Positions 1 through 8,894 of a DNA stretch of 64,000 nt are shown here, in pieces. The notes beneath the pieces were generated by a model, which was not told the DNA's origin, made no database searches, and worked only from the letters and a program-made list of their open reading frames with translations. The position numbers and the translations under genes were made by a program. Source of the DNA: Patescibacteria group bacterium (GTDB lineage: Bacteria > Patescibacteriota > CPR2 > UBA1875 > CAIMLA01); NCBI GenBank assembly GCA_041738615.1, contig JBGSPL010000001.1, positions 92,071 through 156,070 of the forward strand, read 5' to 3'. Each line of letters begins with the position of its first letter. The first letter of the stretch is position 1.

Positions 1-1
1 T

Positions 2-244
2 GCTGGAAAAACAGGGACTGCTCAGGTAATCAAGGCAGACGGCACTGGATACGAGGACGGTAAGAATATTGGTACTTTCATCGGCTTTCCAGTCGCACCT
101 GATGCAAATTTTGTGGTTCTCGCCAAGATCGATAATCCAAAAGGAGTCGATTGGGCGGAAAGTACGGCGGCACCTGTCGTGGGACAGATGTTGGATTTCT
201 TGCTAAAGTACTACCAAATCCCGCCGACTGAGCCGGTAAACTAA
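2..244 (+). CDS. ftsI: Class B penicillin-binding protein (FtsI/PBP2-like), C-terminal fragment
   Basis: Frame from position 2 reads AGKTGTAQ (KTG motif) to TAA at 242-244; lies directly upstream of mraY. Confidence 0.8.
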   Translation, partial: AGKTGTAQVIKADGTGYEDGKNIGTFIGFPVAPDANFVVLAKIDNPKGVDWAESTAAPVVGQMLDFLLKYYQIPPTEPVN

Positions 245-297
245 TAGTAAATTGTGCTCATTTGTGGGAAAATACTAATGAAAATGGAGATAAACAG

Positions 298-1356
298 ATG
301 ATTAATTCCGCAATATCTTTCAACGAACAGGCGATTATCCCGCAACTAGTTCGCATCCTTACTTTTACTTCGTTGAGCTTTATCTTTGCGCTTCTCGTTA
401 CGCCGATATTTACCTATTTTGCCTATAAGTTCAAATGGTGGAAGCAACCCCGTGAAACAACGATGGGGAAGCACAACGAGATGGCAACTGTGTATAGTAG
501 TCTACACGCCGAGAAGCACCTACGTAACATCCCGACGATGGCGGGGATGATTATCTGGGGAGTGGTGGGAATTATTACTTTATTTTTCAACTTCGACAAG
601 TCGCAAACCCTCCTCCCTGTATTTACCCTGATTTCAGTGGGGCTTCTGGGTCTCATAGATGACTACATTAATATCAATTCGCTAGGTGGCATCGCCGGGC
701 TTCGGGCCAAGGTAAAGTTCTCCTGGCTTACGGCGTTTGCCGCTCTAGGGTCCTGGTGGTTCTTCGTAAAGCTTGGTTGGAATGTAGTACATATTCCGAT
801 GGTGGGAGACTTGAGCATTGGTTGGCTCTATATACCGCTATTTATCTTGGTAGTGGTCTCTACGGCTAGTGCCGTAAATATCACTGACGGACTCGATGGC
901 CTCTCTGGAGGACTTCTCTCGGCATCATTCGGTGCCTATGCAATCATTGCCTTCTTTCAGGGAAACTTTGGGATTGCCGCCTTTTGCGGTACCGTCGTGG
1001 GGGCAGTTCTCGCCTACACCTGGTTCAATGTCTATCCAGCAAGGTTCTTTATGGGAGACACTGGTGCTGTGGCACTAGGGGCTACCCTGGGTGTGGTGGC
1101 AATGCTAACGAATACAGCGCTGGTGTTACCAATTATCGGTTTTGTCTTCGTCGTTGAGACCCTCTCGGACATCATCCAGATTGCTTCGAAGAAACTCCGT
1201 CACGGAAAAAAAGTGTTTCACTCCGCTCCTATCCATCATCATTTTGAAGCCATGGGCTGGCCAGAGACCAAGGTAACCATGCGTTTTTGGATCATCGGCG
1301 CAATAACAGCCTTTATGGGCGTGGTGGTTGCTCTTGTGGGGAGCGGTCCGAGGTAA
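298..1356 (+). CDS. mraY: Phospho-N-acetylmuramoyl-pentapeptide transferase
   Basis: PTMAG, GLIDDY, AVNITDGLDGL, FMGDTG and APIHHHFE motifs; ATG at 298 preceded by GGAGA. Confidence 0.97.
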   Translation: MINSAISFNEQAIIPQLVRILTFTSLSFIFALLVTPIFTYFAYKFKWWKQPRETTMGKHNEMATVYSSLHAEKHLRNIPTMAGMIIWGVVGIITLFFNFDKSQTLLPVFTLISVGLLGLIDDYININSLGGIAGLRAKVKFSWLTAFAALGSWWFFVKLGWNVVHIPMVGDLSIGWLYIPLFILVVVSTASAVNITDGLDGLSGGLLSASFGAYAIIAFFQGNFGIAAFCGTVVGAVLAYTWFNVYPARFFMGDTGAVALGATLGVVAMLTNTALVLPIIGFVFVVETLSDIIQIASKKLRHGKKVFHSAPIHHHFEAMGWPETKVTMRFWIIGAITAFMGVVVALVGSGPR

Positions 1357-2586
1357 ATGGCATTAACAAGAAGTAAAATCAAAGAAGGACGTGAGAGTGG
1401 AGGGACTGGTCGCCCTGATTATTTGTTGATTTTACTTATTTCCGCTCTTCTTGTTTTTGGTATCATCATGATTTCTTCGGCTTCTGTCGTCATGAGCAAA
1501 ACAGGAACCGGCAAAGAGAACTTCTACTTCTTTTCTCAGCTTCAGGCTGCGGGAATTGGGCTCGTACTTCTGTATGTCGCAAGTAGGATCAACTATGGCT
1601 TTTGGCGCAAGGCAGCTCTGCCTTTTTTTGTCCTAAATTTCGCGATGCTCGTGGCTGTTTTCGTGCCAGGTATCAGCTTCAGTCACAACGGCGCGACGCG
1701 CTGGATCCACCTGGGATTCATTAATTTTCAGCCTTCAGAATCGATTAAGCTCGCCCTAATCATCTTCCTAGCCTACTGGCTGGAGAATAAAGGTGATGAT
1801 ATCAAGGATCTCTACAAGGGAGTTTTGCCTTTTGCCGCCATTACGGGCTCTGTCGTCGGTCTTGTTCTCTTGCAGCCCGATATGGGGACTTGCTCAGTAC
1901 TAGCCGTGAGCGCTGCAGTGATGTTTTTCGTTTCTGGAGCAAGATTTCGTCACATCATAACGGCGGTAGGGGCGGGGATCGCTTCACTCACAGTACTTAT
2001 CGCGATGGCGCCGTATCGTATGGCACGTCTTACTATCTTTTTGCATCCGGCCACTGACAAAAGCGGCGCAGGTTATCAGATTTCACAGGCCTTGCTGGCT
2101 ATCGGCACGGGGGGGCTCACGGGCCTTGGTTTCGGACGTAGTCGTCAGAAGTTCAATTATCTTCCCGAGGCAGCCACGGACTCGATCTTTGCGGTGATCT
2201 CCGAAGAGCTGGGCCTCATTCGTGCGGGGCTTGTGGTAGTGGTCTTTTTGCTTTTTGGGGTCAGGGGATATAAAATAGCAAAGGGCGCACCAGATACTTT
2301 CTCGCGTCTCATGGCTACCGGGATTACGACCTGGATTATCGCTCAGGCATTTATAAATATCCTAGCAATCCTGAGCCTAATGCCACTTACCGGCGTCCCG
2401 CTGCCATTTATAAGCTACGGCGGCACATCGCTGGTAATGATTTTATTTGCTTGCGGTATACTACTGAGTATTTCAAGACATGTTGAACAAGGAGGAATGG
2501 ATGCGAATAGTCGTCTCGGGCGGTGGAACTGGTGGTCACATTTCGCCGGTTCTCGCGGTCGTCGCAGAACTGCAAAAGCTAGATAG
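1357..2586 (+). CDS. ftsW: SEDS peptidoglycan polymerase FtsW
   Basis: GATRWI, FQPSE, LQPDMGT, YLPEAATDSIF and LPFISYGGTS motifs; dcw position. Confidence 0.95.
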   Translation: MALTRSKIKEGRESGGTGRPDYLLILLISALLVFGIIMISSASVVMSKTGTGKENFYFFSQLQAAGIGLVLLYVASRINYGFWRKAALPFFVLNFAMLVAVFVPGISFSHNGATRWIHLGFINFQPSESIKLALIIFLAYWLENKGDDIKDLYKGVLPFAAITGSVVGLVLLQPDMGTCSVLAVSAAVMFFVSGARFRHIITAVGAGIASLTVLIAMAPYRMARLTIFLHPATDKSGAGYQISQALLAIGTGGLTGLGFGRSRQKFNYLPEAATDSIFAVISEELGLIRAGLVVVVFLLFGVRGYKIAKGAPDTFSRLMATGITTWIIAQAFINILAILSLMPLTGVPLPFISYGGTSLVMILFACGILLSISRHVEQGGMDANSRLGRWNWWSHFAGSRGRRRTAKAR

Positions 2587-3700
2587 TACGGTAGAGCTTT
2601 TATATATTGGATCCAAGGAAGGTCTGGAGAGTAAAATTATTCCTCAGACAGGGCTCAAGTATGTCGGCATCAGTGCAGGCAAATTTCGTCGTTACCACAC
2701 AGCCACTTGGCTTAATATTATCGACCCCACCACTTTGTACAAGAATGTTGTCGATTTCTTTCGTTTTGTGAGAGGTTACTTCGAGGCCAAGGAAATCATT
2801 GCTGAATTCGATCCAGATGTGGTCTTCACCAAGGGTGGCTACGTCAGTTTGCCAGTAGGGCTAGCGGCACATTCTCTCGGATATCCGGTAGTGGTGCATG
2901 AAAGTGACAGTGTGATGGGTCTTTCCAATCGCATCCTCGCAAAACGCGCCGACAAAGTTTGTGTTTCGTATCCACTAAAGTCATATACCGAAGTCGAAAA
3001 GGATAAACTCGTGTATACTGGCAACCCAGTAAGGAACGATATTTACGACGGTAGCAAAGAGCGCGCTATCACCGAATTTCGGCTTCACGACAAGTTGCCA
3101 ATACTTTTTGTCATCGGCGGCAGCCAGGGGTCTCTAGTGATCAATCAAGTGGTTTCCGAGTCGCTTGCGAAGCTCCTCGCCAAGTACCAGATTATCCATG
3201 TTTCTGGTGAGAGAGACTATGACTGGTTAGGTTTTCAGGCGAGTAAGCTGGCTCCAGAGCTTTCGGCAAACTATCATTTGTACAACTTTCTTTCGGGGAA
3301 CCTAAAGGATGCCCTTGCAGTTTCCGATCTAGTAATTTCGCGGGCCGGGAACAACGTCATCGCCGAGATTGCTGCCCTCGAAAAGGCGGCAATTCTGATT
3401 CCACTGGCATCATCGGCAAACGGTCATCAGGTTTCAAATGCCAAGATCCTTTCCCGTATGGGCGCAGCTATGCTGGTCCTTCAGGAGAGTCTTACTCCCC
3501 GAATCCTTGAGCGTAAAATCGATTATCTCTTCGAGAATCCAGAGGAGCGTGCTGGCCTGGCAACGAAGCTTTCCAAGCTTGCTTCCCCAGAGGCTGCAGG
3601 CGCCGTCGCCGACATTATCTACGACTTAGGTACCAATTTTGTTCTAGAAACAAAGGCGGAGGAGGAAACCCCTGAGGAAAAGACTGAGGAAACTGAATAG
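2501..3700 (+). CDS. murG: Undecaprenyl-PP-MurNAc-pentapeptide GlcNAc transferase
   Basis: MRIVVSGGGTGGH, KGGYVS, HESD, TGNPVR, GGSQG and SRAG motifs; ATG at 2501 preceded by GGAGG. Confidence 0.97.
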   Translation: MRIVVSGGGTGGHISPVLAVVAELQKLDSTVELLYIGSKEGLESKIIPQTGLKYVGISAGKFRRYHTATWLNIIDPTTLYKNVVDFFRFVRGYFEAKEIIAEFDPDVVFTKGGYVSLPVGLAAHSLGYPVVVHESDSVMGLSNRILAKRADKVCVSYPLKSYTEVEKDKLVYTGNPVRNDIYDGSKERAITEFRLHDKLPILFVIGGSQGSLVINQVVSESLAKLLAKYQIIHVSGERDYDWLGFQASKLAPELSANYHLYNFLSGNLKDALAVSDLVISRAGNNVIAEIAALEKAAILIPLASSANGHQVSNAKILSRMGAAMLVLQESLTPRILERKIDYLFENPEERAGLATKLSKLASPEAAGAVADIIYDLGTNFVLETKAEEETPEEKTEETE

Positions 3701-4481
3701 GCCAGCAAGCGCCAGGAGGCTAAGGCAGCCTTCGATATATTCCCGGACCGAAGAAGTAAAGGAGAGGCGGAGCAGTAAGGGTATTTGGTACCCGCTTCTT
3801 TTTGTTTTGCTGCTTGGGGCACTGATCTATCTCGTATTTGTTTCGGGGATTTTTGGTGTCACCCAGGTGGAGTTCTCAGCCACGAAATTTGTAAATAGGG
3901 GAGAGCTAGCGAGCGCTGCTAAGAGTGGCGAGACATTTTTGGATAATAATATTATTACTTATGGTGTTTTTGGCCTCGCTGGCAGGCTGCGAAAGGTGAC
4001 TGGGGTGGATAAAATCTCCGTTACCAGGCTAGGGCAGCATAGCGTTCGTGTGGAGATAGTAGAGAAGAGTCCCCTTCTTGTCTGGCAAACGCTGGATCAC
4101 AAGTACCTTGTCGACGATCTTGGCTACATTTGGGCGAACTACCAGGATAAGTATGCTACTCTGCCGGTGTTCGTAGACACTAAGAACCTCCCTGTGCGGG
4201 TGGGTGACAAGGTCTTGCCTCAAGCCTCCGTGGTCTTCTATAAGGACCTCCAGGGCCTTTTCCCCGAGACTGGTGCCAAACAGGTGCGCTACGAGATTAT
4301 GGACATCATCAGTGACCTCAAAGTTACTACCGACCAGGGATGGTATGTATACTTCGATACGAGCCGTAGTGCCAAAGGCGAGGTGATCAGTCTCAAGCGG
4401 GTTCTTGCCGACGCCAAGAGTAGTGGGGCGAAGTTAGAGTATATAGATCTCCGCATTGCTAATCGCATCTTTTATAAGTAA
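3672..4481 (+). CDS. ftsQ: Cell division protein FtsQ/DivIB (probable CTG start)
   Basis: Basic N-tail, single TM, POTRA-like region and C-terminal YIDLR; frame is open from 3648, with GGAGG (3661-3665) 6 nt before CTG at 3672. Confidence 0.8.
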   Translation: MRKRLRKLNRPASARRLRQPSIYSRTEEVKERRSSKGIWYPLLFVLLLGALIYLVFVSGIFGVTQVEFSATKFVNRGELASAAKSGETFLDNNIITYGVFGLAGRLRKVTGVDKISVTRLGQHSVRVEIVEKSPLLVWQTLDHKYLVDDLGYIWANYQDKYATLPVFVDTKNLPVRVGDKVLPQASVVFYKDLQGLFPETGAKQVRYEIMDIISDLKVTTDQGWYVYFDTSRSAKGEVISLKRVLADAKSSGAKLEYIDLRIANRIFYK

Positions 4482-4487
4482 TGTCTA

Positions 4488-4729
4488 GATACTTTTGTCC
4501 GTAGTCACAAATCCTTACCACTTTTGGCAGCAAAAGTGGTGCAAAACTGCCGACTCCTTGCAAAATCGCAAGTGTCACTCCTACTTCATTCCCTCATAAA
4601 AACCAAAACTCACTGCGTTCAAACATTGTCTTTTATGATAGTCACTCAGGTCGTCGCTCGCTGTATTTTGCAGGTCGCGGTAAAAGAACTTCTACGTCAT
4701 TGCGAGGAGCGCAGCGACGCGGCAATCTC
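4488..4729 (+). repeat. Composite intergenic repeat: pseudoknot-headed hairpin element plus GTCATTGCGAG REP-like palindrome
   Basis: Left end GATACTTTTGTCCRTAGTCACAAA and right end AAGAACT..TACGTCATTGCGAG..CGCGGCAATCTC are shared with 10113-10280; stem 4517-4540 has loop GGCAG complementary to CTGCC at 4547-4551. Confidence 0.7.
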
Positions 4730-4840
4730 ATTATTGAAAATTGAAAACTGTAATTTGAAATTTTGGGGGAGACCTGGGGGAGTGGGCAAGTGGGCAAAAG
4801 AATTAACTAATAATATATTAAATGCTAATTAATTATTATT

Positions 4841-5137
4841 GTGCTGGCCGCGCTCTAAACTTTCGGTAGGCGAGCGGAAACTGTTTATAGCCCGGGTTCG
4901 TTGGCCGATTTTCATGCCTGTAATTTGACCAAAACTTTGGCACGGAAACCAGCCGACAAAAGGCCTCTTGTTCGCGGGTGCAACCCTTCGATTAAGACTT
5001 ACTGTAGGGAAAATACACGCACAAAACACGTTTTGGATGACCAACTACACCCGGGGATTTCAGAATGCGCAATGTCGTCCAAGATATATTGTGCGACACA
5101 GTATCAATCGCTGAGATGACAGGCTACAAAGCAGTAC
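4841..5137 (+). ncRNA. Unassigned structured RNA candidate (~300 nt)
   Basis: Nested helices 4880-4892/5122-5135, 4893-4907/5038-5053, 5057-5063/5111-5117, 5067-5075/5086-5094 and hairpin 4966-4997; G-U pairs favour the + strand; no credible ORF. Confidence 0.55.
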
Positions 5138-5318
5138 GGATGTGAAATATTTACTCAAAAATTATATTCCCCTGGGCCTTCCGCTTCCTCGGCGTTGGCC
5201 CCTTCTGTTTTAGTATATATCCAAATATTCACAAATATTGGGCCTCCCGGTTCGGGCCTGTTTTAGACAAAATTACAGCCCATATTGTATGAGCTGTAAA
5301 GATTGCCGAATCGGCAGA

Positions 5319-8300
5319 TTATGGTTTTGTTAGGTGAACAGTCTCCCCTGGCCTTAGCTCTTTGGCGACCACCTTGATTCGTTCGTGAGGTTCTATTGTC
5401 TTTAGGTTGTGAAAATCCTCTGGTGTGATCTGCTTCTCTATTTTTTCACGGTAAATAGGGGTTTCTTTGGGGTGGGAGACAGAGAGTAGCACGTCTTTGA
5501 TCTCGGCCAGGCTCTTCCCTATCGGCTCAGCCTGTACAGGTTTTTCTGGCTTAGGAGTTTCTTTTGGTTCTACTTTTTCGACCACTGCAGGCTGCTCTGC
5601 TGCTACAGGTTCTTTTGGGGTTTCTATTTTCTTCATTGGTGCCTCAGGTGCAGGTTTTCTGGTCTCTTCCTGGGGTTTTTCGGGCACGCTGACGGCCTTC
5701 TTTAGACTAGATAGTGTATCTACCCCAATTTTGTCTGCAATCGTCTCTCGCGCCTTCTCAGAGGGGGTGGCTTTGAGCTTGGTGAGTAGCTCTTCTAGGA
5801 TTGCTTTCGTATCTGTATGGTCCTCAACACCGAGGAACTTGCTTCCGCCTCCAAGACCAGCCCCGATGGCTTGTAGCTGATCGATCATTTCTGCAGTTGT
5901 ACCTACCCAGACGTCTGGAGCGCGACCGTCTCCAAAGAGATCGTGCTCGCGGGGCTCGTACATACTAATCTTTACTTCATAAATCTTCTGGCCATTCTTT
6001 TTGTAGTTATTGCCCTTTTGGCGACCACGCTTATCAGGGATGAGCCCCTCGGGTTTATTGTCTGGCAGGAAGACGTATTTATCGTCCTTATCTTTGTGGC
6101 GGACGATATAGTCGGCACTCTTCTCGAGCTCCGCGATTACTTTTTGTTTCTCGGTCATAGGTTTATCGGCTACTTTCTTCGTATTTTTAGTATTTGCAAT
6201 AATCGCAAGCTGCAAGTCGCTTTTCTTCTGGAGCTCGGAAGGCTTGCTGGCTGGTGGATTAATATTAGTTTCTTTCTTTTCTCGTAGCGGCTGCGTGGGG
6301 GCACTCCCCTGCTCAGATTTTTCGCGGATGATGGTAGGTTTTGGCTTGGTCATGATAGGATCGTCCTTCTCATTGGCGTTGATACCAGCGACCACTGAGT
6401 CCACGTTGTACCAGTGCTTTACCTCTTCCTCTACGATCTCCCGTTTCTTACCGTACTTTTCACGTGATACCGCCTTCACGATTGGAGAGCAGTCCTCTAT
6501 CATCTCAGGCGTGTTTAGGGACATTGCGGAGAAAGGGATACTGGTGACGCCATTGATCAGCATGTTTAGGTACATATGTCTGTTATCTAGGTTTATCAGA
6601 TCGTTTTGGGTAAATACCGGCTCAAATTCCTTCTCTAGGTAGGAGGCGTCAGTAGCCCCGACGCGGAAAGATACTAGCGTACCGACGTTACCAAAGACAG
6701 CGTCACGGACGGTTTCTTCCATCTGGGCAATGTACTGATTGGCTACGCAGAGAGATAAGCGATATTTACGCGCCTCAGAAAGAATAGTCGCAAAGGAGTC
6801 GGTGGCAAAGTTCTGGAACTCGTCGACGTATAGGTAAAAGTCCTTGCGTTCCTCTTCGGGGATGTAGGCGCGTTGCATCGCGGCAAGCTGCAGCTTGGTA
6901 ATAATCAGGCTTCCCAGCAGCTCGGAGTTTACCTCGCCAATCTTGCCTGTCGAGAGGTCCACTAGGAGAATCTTGCCTGTATTCATAATCTCGCCAAAGT
7001 CGATGCTGCTCTTGGGCTGGCCGACGATGTTGCGGATTATCGCAGAAGCCGTAAACTGCCCCACCTTATTTAGGATAGGAGCGACGGTTTCGGTGGCCAT
7101 CTTGTCATTGTAGGTCGAGAATTCCTTGAGCCAGAACATCTGCACTACTGGGTCTGTCACCTGTTCTACGATGCGCTTGCGATAGCCCTTGTCGGTAAGA
7201 AGGCGAACGATACCGAGCATGGTAGAGCCTTCGACTTCAGAGAGCGCTAGTACTGTATGGTTTAGGACGTATTCCAAACGAGGACCCCAGGAGTAGCCGA
7301 ACATACGCTTCAGTACTGAGATAAAGCCCTTGGCCGTTTCCTCGCGCATCCCCTCGGGGCTCTCTAGTGGATTGAATCCGATCGGGAAGTCCTTGTCCGC
7401 AGGGTTTAGGTAGATTACATCATCTATGCGTTCCTTCGGGATGTATTTCATGATCAGCTCTATTAGCTCGCCATGAGGATCCACGACAGCTACACCCTCG
7501 CCATTTATAATGTCGTTAATCGCAAGGTTTGCCATCATGCGTGATTTACCAACACCACTCTTACCGATGATGTACATGTGACGTCTGCGGTCGTCTCGAG
7601 TAATACCGAAGGTACGCTTGCCGTTACGGAAGGTCGTCGTGCCCATCGGAGTAAGCTCTATATCTACAGCATCCTCGGCATCGATTATGTGCAGGCTGCT
7701 TGGTGGCTCGCCCTTTTTGGACGAGGTCCACAAGATGTTTGGAGTCTCTACAGAAACGTGAGGCAAGTGGTATAGGCTGGCCAGCTCCTCGATGTTTAGT
7801 GTGTAGCCGTGGTTATTGAAAAGACGAGCACGGTAGGCGTCCAGAAAGTCCTGGCCTGTATAGAGCCCACTTCCCTGGAAACCGTTTAGATTAGTCGTAT
7901 TGAACTGTTTGAAGGCACCGATTACGGCCTGGATACGTTCCTTGGCCTTCTCGGGGCTCTTGGCGAGATAACAGATGCGGATGATTACCTTGTAGCCAAG
8001 CTTGTTGGCCTTCTCTTCAATTGCAGAGAGCTCCGTTTCCTCTGAGTGGGAAAGCTTCGGTACTTCCTTCTCCTTCTTCTCTTTTTCCTTTTTCTCCTTC
8101 TCTTCCTGCTTTTTCTTTTGCTCGGGGGTCATCGGAGAAATAACCGTATTTATCACATACGGAATCGCTTGCAATGGCATGATGAGGACGTCGATTAGTT
8201 TGTGAACCCAGGTATCTTCACCACCGGCCCCACCCTTTTTGCTAGCGATGTGCCCTAGGGAGCCATCTCTCCATTCGTCATCCACTGGCTTGGCGAGAAT

Positions 8301-8894
8301 TTGAATCCACACTTGCTCGCTCTTCTGCTCAATCTTGGAGAGCATTCCTGTGATTCCGGCTAGCGGGTCTACGTCAAAGTTTAGAAAGGTCTTAATCGGG
8401 TAGATTTCATCCTTCGTGAGGACCAACTCGGTTCCGACCACGGCGTCGTCTACCTTGTCGTCGTCGATATCGATATCTAGTGAGTAGTCAGGGACGGTAG
8501 TAATCTCTGCTGTCGGGTACTGGGCGTATACTTGCCCCTCTACAAAGTCCTTTAGATGGGTTGGTACCCAGATAAAGAACTCGATGGCATTGAGGGTCGA
8601 TACTATCTCGAAGCTCAGGTGCTCCTGTACCGAAAGTCCTTTCTTCTGCTGGCTCTTGGGATGTAAGATACCATGAAGAGCCGCGAGCATCATCTCCGCA
8701 GCTACCGGGCCTTTTTCGTTATTTTTAGGGATTTTGATCGAGAGAACGACCGTTTCAATCGCCTCGACATACTCTGCTTTTTTGTAGTTCTTCCAGGTGA
8801 GGTAGGCCATAATCGGTACTACTATCCACCATGTCCAAACCACGACGGACCACATGCCGCCGAGTATCGCCAGGCTAATATCTTGAATCAGCAC
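5319..8894 (-). CDS. VirD4/TrwB/HerA-like ATPase (T4SS coupling-protein-like), CPR type, with N-terminal membrane domain and long low-complexity C-tail
   Basis: Walker A GKSGVGKS, VVDPHGEL, Walker B YVDEFQNF and SEARKY; Trp-rich N-terminal TM. Confidence 0.88.
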   Translation of the reverse strand: MLIQDISLAILGGMWSVVVWTWWIVVPIMAYLTWKNYKKAEYVEAIETVVLSIKIPKNNEKGPVAAEMMLAALHGILHPKSQQKKGLSVQEHLSFEIVSTLNAIEFFIWVPTHLKDFVEGQVYAQYPTAEITTVPDYSLDIDIDDDKVDDAVVGTELVLTKDEIYPIKTFLNFDVDPLAGITGMLSKIEQKSEQVWIQILAKPVDDEWRDGSLGHIASKKGGAGGEDTWVHKLIDVLIMPLQAIPYVINTVISPMTPEQKKKQEEKEKKEKEKKEKEVPKLSHSEETELSAIEEKANKLGYKVIIRICYLAKSPEKAKERIQAVIGAFKQFNTTNLNGFQGSGLYTGQDFLDAYRARLFNNHGYTLNIEELASLYHLPHVSVETPNILWTSSKKGEPPSSLHIIDAEDAVDIELTPMGTTTFRNGKRTFGITRDDRRRHMYIIGKSGVGKSRMMANLAINDIINGEGVAVVDPHGELIELIMKYIPKERIDDVIYLNPADKDFPIGFNPLESPEGMREETAKGFISVLKRMFGYSWGPRLEYVLNHTVLALSEVEGSTMLGIVRLLTDKGYRKRIVEQVTDPVVQMFWLKEFSTYNDKMATETVAPILNKVGQFTASAIIRNIVGQPKSSIDFGEIMNTGKILLVDLSTGKIGEVNSELLGSLIITKLQLAAMQRAYIPEEERKDFYLYVDEFQNFATDSFATILSEARKYRLSLCVANQYIAQMEETVRDAVFGNVGTLVSFRVGATDASYLEKEFEPVFTQNDLINLDNRHMYLNMLINGVTSIPFSAMSLNTPEMIEDCSPIVKAVSREKYGKKREIVEEEVKHWYNVDSVVAGINANEKDDPIMTKPKPTIIREKSEQGSAPTQPLREKKETNINPPASKPSELQKKSDLQLAIIANTKNTKKVADKPMTEKQKVIAELEKSADYIVRHKDKDDKYVFLPDNKPEGLIPDKRGRQKGNNYKKNGQKIYEVKISMYEPREHDLFGDGRAPDVWVGTTAEMIDQLQAIGAGLGGGSKFLGVEDHTDTKAILEELLTKLKATPSEKARETIADKIGVDTLSSLKKAVSVPEKPQEETRKPAPEAPMKKIETPKEPVAAEQPAVVEKVEPKETPKPEKPVQAEPIGKSLAEIKDVLLSVSHPKETPIYREKIEKQITPEDFHNLKTIEPHERIKVVAKELRPGETVHLTKP

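Noticed and set aside
2501-2586. 86-bp ftsW/murG overlap giving FtsW an odd Trp/Arg-rich tail
   Set aside because: Explained by read-through into the alternative frame of the MurG GGTGGH motif; long dcw overlaps are ordinary
4848-4877. Resemblance to the P3 arm of a c-di-GMP-I riboswitch
   Set aside because: The required upstream GCAAA/GAAA-loop P2 and P1 are absent; only a receptor-like hairpin is present
5174-5212. CGC-TTCCTCG-GCG resembling an HDV-like ribozyme P3/L3
   Set aside because: No P2, no GG for P1.1 and no P4/catalytic C context; more likely a terminator-type hairpin
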